A stretch of DNA of 64,000 nt. Origin: Eledone cirrhosa. Lineage: Eukaryota. Shown one piece after another: positions 57,137 to 64,000 of the stretch. Under the pieces are notes generated by a model. That model had not been told where the DNA came from and made no database searches. It saw only the letters and a program-made list of their open reading frames with translations. The stretch covers positions 49,910,001 to 49,974,000 of the forward strand of contig OZ024748.1 in NCBI GenBank assembly GCA_964016885.1. Direction: 5' to 3'. How positions within the stretch are numbered: position 1 is the stretch's first letter; each line of letters starts with the position of its first letter. A program made the translations under genes and the position numbers.

Positions 57137-57730
57137 GGGCGGTGTATTGGCAGTATCGGTAGAGGGTCGGACGCCTTGCTTTGCAGCATAGAGTTACGGC
57201 TCTTTATGATCTGAGCTCAAATCTCGCTGAGGTTAACTTTGCCTTTCATCCTTATGGGGTAGATAAAATAAAGTACCAGTCACGCACTGGGGTCGATTTA
57301 ATCGACTTTCCCCTCCCCCAAACATTGCTGGCCTTGTTCCTATATAAGAGACATTATTAAAGTTGTTAGAGCGACGGACAACATGCTTTACGTTCTGATT
57401 TCAAATCCAGCCGTGGTTAGCTTTGCCTTTCATCCTTAGGGGGCCGATAAAAGAAAATACCAGTCGCGCACTGGGGTCGATATAATCAACTTTCCCCTTC
57501 CCTTCAAATCGTTGACCATTTGCCAAAAGTAGAAACAACCATTATTTTAGCAGAGGCCGGTGGATTGGCAGTATCGTTAGAGCGTGGGACACCATACTTC
57601 GGGGCATAGAGTTACGCTCCTTTATAGGGTCGATAAAATAAGTACAATTAACACGCTGGAGTTGATTTATTCAGCTTAACTTTCTCCATCTCAAATTATT
57701 GGCCTTGTGCCTAAAGAAAAAAACATTATT
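57137..57730 (+). mobile_element. Cluster of three major SINE copies
   Basis: Copies at 57137-57357, about 57365-57540 and 57555-57730; ATTATTAAAGT(C/T)GTTA flanks the first. Confidence 0.8.
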
Positions 57731-57962
57731 TTTGTAGTAAAAACCATTATTTTTGTAGTAAATGGCTTACATTTTTTTTTACATTATTTTGACGACGGTA
57801 CTTCGAACTCGTATCGATGTAAATTGATTTCTATCTTAAATCTAATACCTCGTGATACGTAACGTTTCATGGCTGACATCAACAGCAGTAGTCAACAAAT
57901 CCATATATACAGACATATACACAGACATATACACAGACTCTCCTATCTCCCCCCCCCACTAT

Positions 57963-57994
<32 letters not shown>

Positions 57995-58119
57995 CGTACA
58001 CATACACAGACTCTCCCATCTCCCCTCTCTCTCTTCTAGCCACACTTCTTCGCACATACGTACATAAATATGCACGTTATATATATATATATAATTATAT
58101 ACATATACATATATATATT

Positions 58120-58151
<32 letters not shown>

Positions 58152-58240
58152 ATTATATACATATATATATATATATATATATAACTATCTATCTATCTAT
58201 ATGGCAATCTGTTTCTCACTAAAGATGTAGATAAAACACA

Positions 58241-58384
<144 letters not shown>

Positions 58385-60500
58385 CTTATAAATAATATAT
58401 ATATATATACATATACATATATGTGTGTATGTATATATATGTATGTATGTATGTAAGTATGTATGTATGTGTGTGTATGTGGAGGGGGGCATTTCGAGCC
58501 TGTATTCTGCATAAGGCATGAATGAACAGCTTAGCAACCTGAACCAATTAGGGTGAGGTAAGAGCCAATCAGAGTAGCGTTAAAATGAAATCAGCTCATT
58601 GGTCAAGGTTTAAGACAAATTAATTTGTAACATATGTTATGTGAGTATTGTGGATAATAATTATTCTTCTGCTTCGCCTTCTCTGTCCAAGAAGTTTCAA
58701 AATCTTATCCAGCATTTAACTGTAATATAATAATATTGGTTTATTTTTGGACAATTTAATACACAACTACACACACACTTCAATAACTCTGCTAAATAAT
58801 TCAAAATCTAATAAGTACCATTATCTACCTCTCCATGAACGAACAAGAAGCCTGCGCTGTTGAATTTTTTTAATCTCTTTCCATCATGTCAAAAATTAAT
58901 GCTGCTGCTGCTGCTTCTTCTTCTTCTTCTTCTTCTTCTTCTTCTTCTTCTTCTTCTTCTTCTTCTTCTTCTTCTTCTTCTCATTATTTGCTTTACAATT
59001 GGTGAGACTTGATCGAAGGCCTGTCGTATCATTCAGGTACATAAATTTCATAGTATCAAAAAATAGAGGTTTTTACCATAGAAATCAAAAATTGTCTAAA
59101 GTTGGAGAGTAACCCAAGAATAACTGATATTCCTTGTTACTTAAATATGAGCTTTGCATTGTTTTTGCTTCAAAAGGATGCAGAGAGCACCAAATTAACG
59201 TATCTTTATTCCCTGTTTCTGTGTTCAAATACCACCCACCGTCTTTCACCTTACCTGGTTCTCGAAACTACCGGTCTGTATCAGTCCACAATCGACTATA
59301 GCCCTCCTACATAACAAATGATTCAGAGCCGATGTTTTTTGTTTCTATAACTGTACGGTGGGGTAACACTTACAATAGAATGTCGGACAAAACATTTTAA
59401 TGTATTACATTAATGTCCCCTCATGGGTTTCTTTGAATTTTAAATAATGATGGAGATAGATAGAATCGATACAATATGGAAGACAATACCTGGTGGTGTT
59501 TGTTTCAACCCTTTACTTTGTCATTTCAAATATCTCCGCAACCAATTTTTGATTTTATCTCCCAGGGGTCGACAAATGAAAGTTACAGTCAAGATCAATG
59601 GTTTGGCATAATTGATAGAGCACTGGACATAATAGATGTTCACAGTGAGAAAAGCATTCTAATGTCTTCGTGCTTTTATGAACTCGATAGCTAACGGCCA
59701 ACCATATTGGTGTGTATGTAAATATACAGGAAATAGGTTATTCTTACATGAAACATTTTGAACAACAGTCTATAGGATGAACATAAAACCCGCCAAATAA
59801 CTGATGGTCTGACTAGTCAACGGCCATATGTAAATAAACATGAAAATACGATGTTTGTTATGTGTTATTCGCCTCATCATTAGCTTATTGACGTCAGATT
59901 TTAGAGAGAAACACTCGTGTCACTGAAGTGTACATTGTTGAAGTGTTGGTTGTTTTGAACATCTTGTAATCTCAAAACTACGACCAAATTATGACCAAAC
60001 TATGACCAAACTGTCATTGCAATGGTCGTTCTGACATACGTAGCGGTGACATAGAAATGCTGGTAATTCCCCTTTGGTAATTCTCTCACTCGTGATGGCA
60101 CACACAAACTAGGTGTCACCGATCGCCCATGTAGCTGTTTCTACTGTGGAATTGCCATCTGATATCTACCAGGTCGAGTCTTGCAATTGACATATATTAT
60201 ATGTCGTCTGCATCATGAGGGTTAGGTAATATATTTTTTAACATAATTAGTAACCAGAAAAGATTTCAAAGGTGGTTACCTTCTGATACCGAGTTAAGAT
60301 TCCTTCTCACATATACTACCGAGAATCGCTAACAAAGCACTCTACCTTTGAATAAACAATATTCTACTCTACTATGGGACAGAGTAATGTGTTTTCATTG
60401 CCATGCAACTCACTTCAAACCGAACCCATATTTACACACACACACACACACACAAACACGCACACACACACAAACACGCATACACACATACTAACAATCA

Positions 60501-60572
<72 letters not shown>

Positions 60573-60801
60573 TGGATGGCATGCATACGAGACCAAATAT
60601 ACAAAGATGTATTTTATGCAAATTTATTTTTTTCAAAACTTTCACGAGGTTTATTCCTTGGTCGCAACACGTGATATTATTCCATACTATATTTATATAA
60701 GATAATAGTATGAATATTAAACAATATAGCGTTGACAAGTTGCTGTATATATATATACATACATATATATATATATTTATGTATGTATGTATATATATAG
60801 G

Positions 60802-60851
<50 letters not shown>

Positions 60852-61565
60852 TAGTAAAAAGGATTTATTATCGATACGAATACGTAATGTTGGACACTGT
60901 TCCTAATAGATGACCGCACGCCGAATCATACAATGTAAGCAAATAGTGATACAGAACTATAGAGATGGACAACGGTTAGAATAAAGTTAGTGAAAGGAGA
61001 TAAGATAGCTGGACAAGGAAAAAAAGATGAATAAATAAAGAGGAATAATGGAGGAAATGACAAAGATGAAGAGGCGAGTATGTGTAAAGATTACTGAAGA
61101 AGAAAGATTTGTTTAGTGTGAATGTTAAGCACTTATATCTTTAGGGGATTTATCGCACTAAATTCTCTTGTAAAAATGTTTCTCGTAATAAAGCTAGCTC
61201 TTCAATATCTGATAATATAAGATTATCTCTCTCTCACACACTTTTATTTTCACCTTCTTTCTATCCCCCCCCCTCTCTCTCCTTATATATGTATGTATAC
61301 ATGTATGTATGTATGTATGTATGTATGTATGTATGTATGTATGTATGTATGTATGTATGTGTGTATGTATGTATGTATGTGTGTGTGTGTGTGTACGTAT
61401 GCATGTGTTTGTGTGTGTATGTATGTATGTATGTATGCATGCATGCATGAATGCATGTATTTATGCATGTATATATGACTGGACGGATATAATCTATCTA
61501 CCTTTCTATCTATATGCATACATACATATACACACACAAGTATATATATATACACACACGCACAC

Positions 61566-61660
<95 letters not shown>

Positions 61661-61675
61661 TACACACACACACAT

Positions 61676-61708
<33 letters not shown>

Positions 61709-62326
61709 ACGAATGTTCGAATGAAACATGTTGTGGGTTGCTACTGACGAGAGATAACTAATTTCTCCAATACCTCTAAATTCTAAATTCTTTCTCTTCT
61801 TCCCTTTCTTTCTCCTGCTTTGTTTTCCTTCGTTATTTATGTCTACATTTGCTCTCATTTGTTTTACTTTATCGTTCAGGTTTTACTTTCATTTTTCGAC
61901 TGTTTATCATTTATTGGTTGGTAGAACGTCAAGCTAACACCATCATTTCTAATATCTGCTTTTCTACAGCAAAAATTTCCAGTGAATCTGAAAGAGAACG
62001 GGTTACATGTGTGGTGGGGTGTGGTATTGGATGGCCAGTAGTGATGTATATCGCAGTCGTTATTATGCCTGTCTTCATAGTCATTGACGTAGGAGAGTGA
62101 TGGGTGCTGTGGTGGAGTAAGGGGGGGGGGCTGTGGTGGAGTAGAGGGGGGGGGGGTGATGGCTGCTGTGGTGGTGGCGTAGTCCCGATCATAGTGGTGG
62201 AATGTCTGAAGGGTGATGATGCTTGTTGGTGTTAAAGGTGTCAGGGCTAATTTCAAGTAATTTTGGTCTGCATTTATATCTGGACATCTCAAATGCTTTG
62301 CAGTATTATCAGTATATATGTATATG

Positions 62327-62405
<79 letters not shown>

Positions 62406-62504
62406 TTAATGTGTGCGTCTGTGCGGTGTGTGTGTATGTGCGTATGTGTCTGTATATGTGCACATATATGTATGTATATGTAACCCTATATATTATGTAT
62501 ATGA

Positions 62505-62643
<139 letters not shown>

Positions 62644-63097
62644 GATGTATATGTATATGCATATATATATAAATGTTTGTAGCTTTCTATATATTTGTAA
62701 ATGTGTGTATGTATATATATATACGTGTGTGCGTTTGTTGTATGTATATCATAAACGAACACGCAGTAAGTTTCGGCGAACAAACGGTAATACTGACTCA
62801 TATCATAGAACATTAGTGCGCTCAAATCTGAGTTATTTTTCCGGAAAACTAACTCCTAAATTTATGACTTTCTATGGAAACGTCGAATTATCCCCGGCTA
62901 CACAGTGTAGCGTAATTACGAGAAGTTACTGGAATATTCCTTCTACCTCTATCATTGTAACCCCCCCCCACACTCTTCTTCCTACACTCTACCTACCTCC
63001 CTCTACACCCCATTCTCCCTTTTAACATGCTTTCTTACGCCACTCCATACACACACACACACATATATATGTATATATACATATATACACATACATA

Positions 63098-63134
<37 letters not shown>

Positions 63135-63408
63135 GCATATGCATACATATATACTCAAATATGTATTGTATACGCAAATATATATATTTATACGTATATG
63201 TATATATATTCGTGTACATCCATATATATTTACGTGTATATAAATAAATACATACATACTCATATATGCACAAATTGTTGTATATTTTTATATATTTATG
63301 CATAAATGTTTATATATATATATATATATATATATACATACATGTATGTATGTGTGTATATATATACATATATGTATATATTACATAAGTATATACATAC
63401 ATATATAC

Positions 63409-63445
<37 letters not shown>

Positions 63446-64000
63446 GTTGAATGCGTGGTGTAAACCCATTCGACCTTTCTTTCTCTCTAGCCTCCTTTCT
63501 CGTACATCTGTCAATTCCACAGTATTTAGTAGTTCTTCTCAGCGAGCTGAACAATTACGATAAGGCCTCTTACCTCCACTAACTGGTCTCTCTTTCTCAT
63601 GCCCTTTTACACAATTTCTGCTACATCAATTCCAAGAATTCAACGAAGAAAATTTTCTTTTCCCAATGTCCAATGATCCCAGCATGCATTCAGGCGTCTT
63701 AGAATTTATGGCGGATTGATATTTTCCAATTTTTAACTTACGTTATGTTTATGTCACTTGACTTGGACAAAACGAAAGAATTTGGCGCCAGTCGATAATT
63801 GGTCAGGAACTTATAATATTGACTTTTGGACTTAGGAAAGTGACTTTGGTCAGCAATAAAATAACGTTGCTTCTCTTCTGTAATATCTTTCCCTACCGAA
63901 AGGAAAGCTAAACTTCAAAGACAAGCAGAAATTTCTCCATAAAATTTCATTAGCAAATGAATTTATGCGCCCCCCCCCCCCCCTCCACTGATCGCCAATA

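Noticed and set aside
58540-58605. Three CCAAT-like boxes as a promoter
   Set aside because: Short motifs with no associated gene or TSS evidence

Overview
AT-rich, microsatellite-saturated eukaryotic (animal) non-coding DNA. The recurring tRNA-headed SINE resembles octopod cephalopod SINEs as I recall them, so an octopus-type genome is inferred. No intact host gene is recognisable. Nearly all ORFs in the supplied track are artefacts of (TA)n, (CA)n, (GGT)n and (GAT)n repeats. The real coding relics are transposon fragments: a Penelope-like element (PLE; RT plus C-terminal GIY-YIG, 4503-6290), an R4/Dong-type RLE LINE (14.2-15.5 kb), a full-length but frameshifted Tigger/pogo transposon (16356-18859), L1/Tx1 3' ends, RTE fragments, MITEs and about 20 SINE copies. 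The main unexpected signal is about 20 type-I hammerhead ribozyme (HHR) motifs (CUGAnGA...GAAA...UH), from at least 8 unrelated sequence families, read by eye on both strands. Most have palindromic stem III. They sit in short non-coding elements, mostly embedded in (TA)n tracts, often as head-to-head palindromes or tail-body-tail partial tandems with reproducible breakpoints. This suggests a (TA)n-targeting system of PLEs and retrozyme-like non-autonomous passengers. All folds were done by hand; none was computed or tested.
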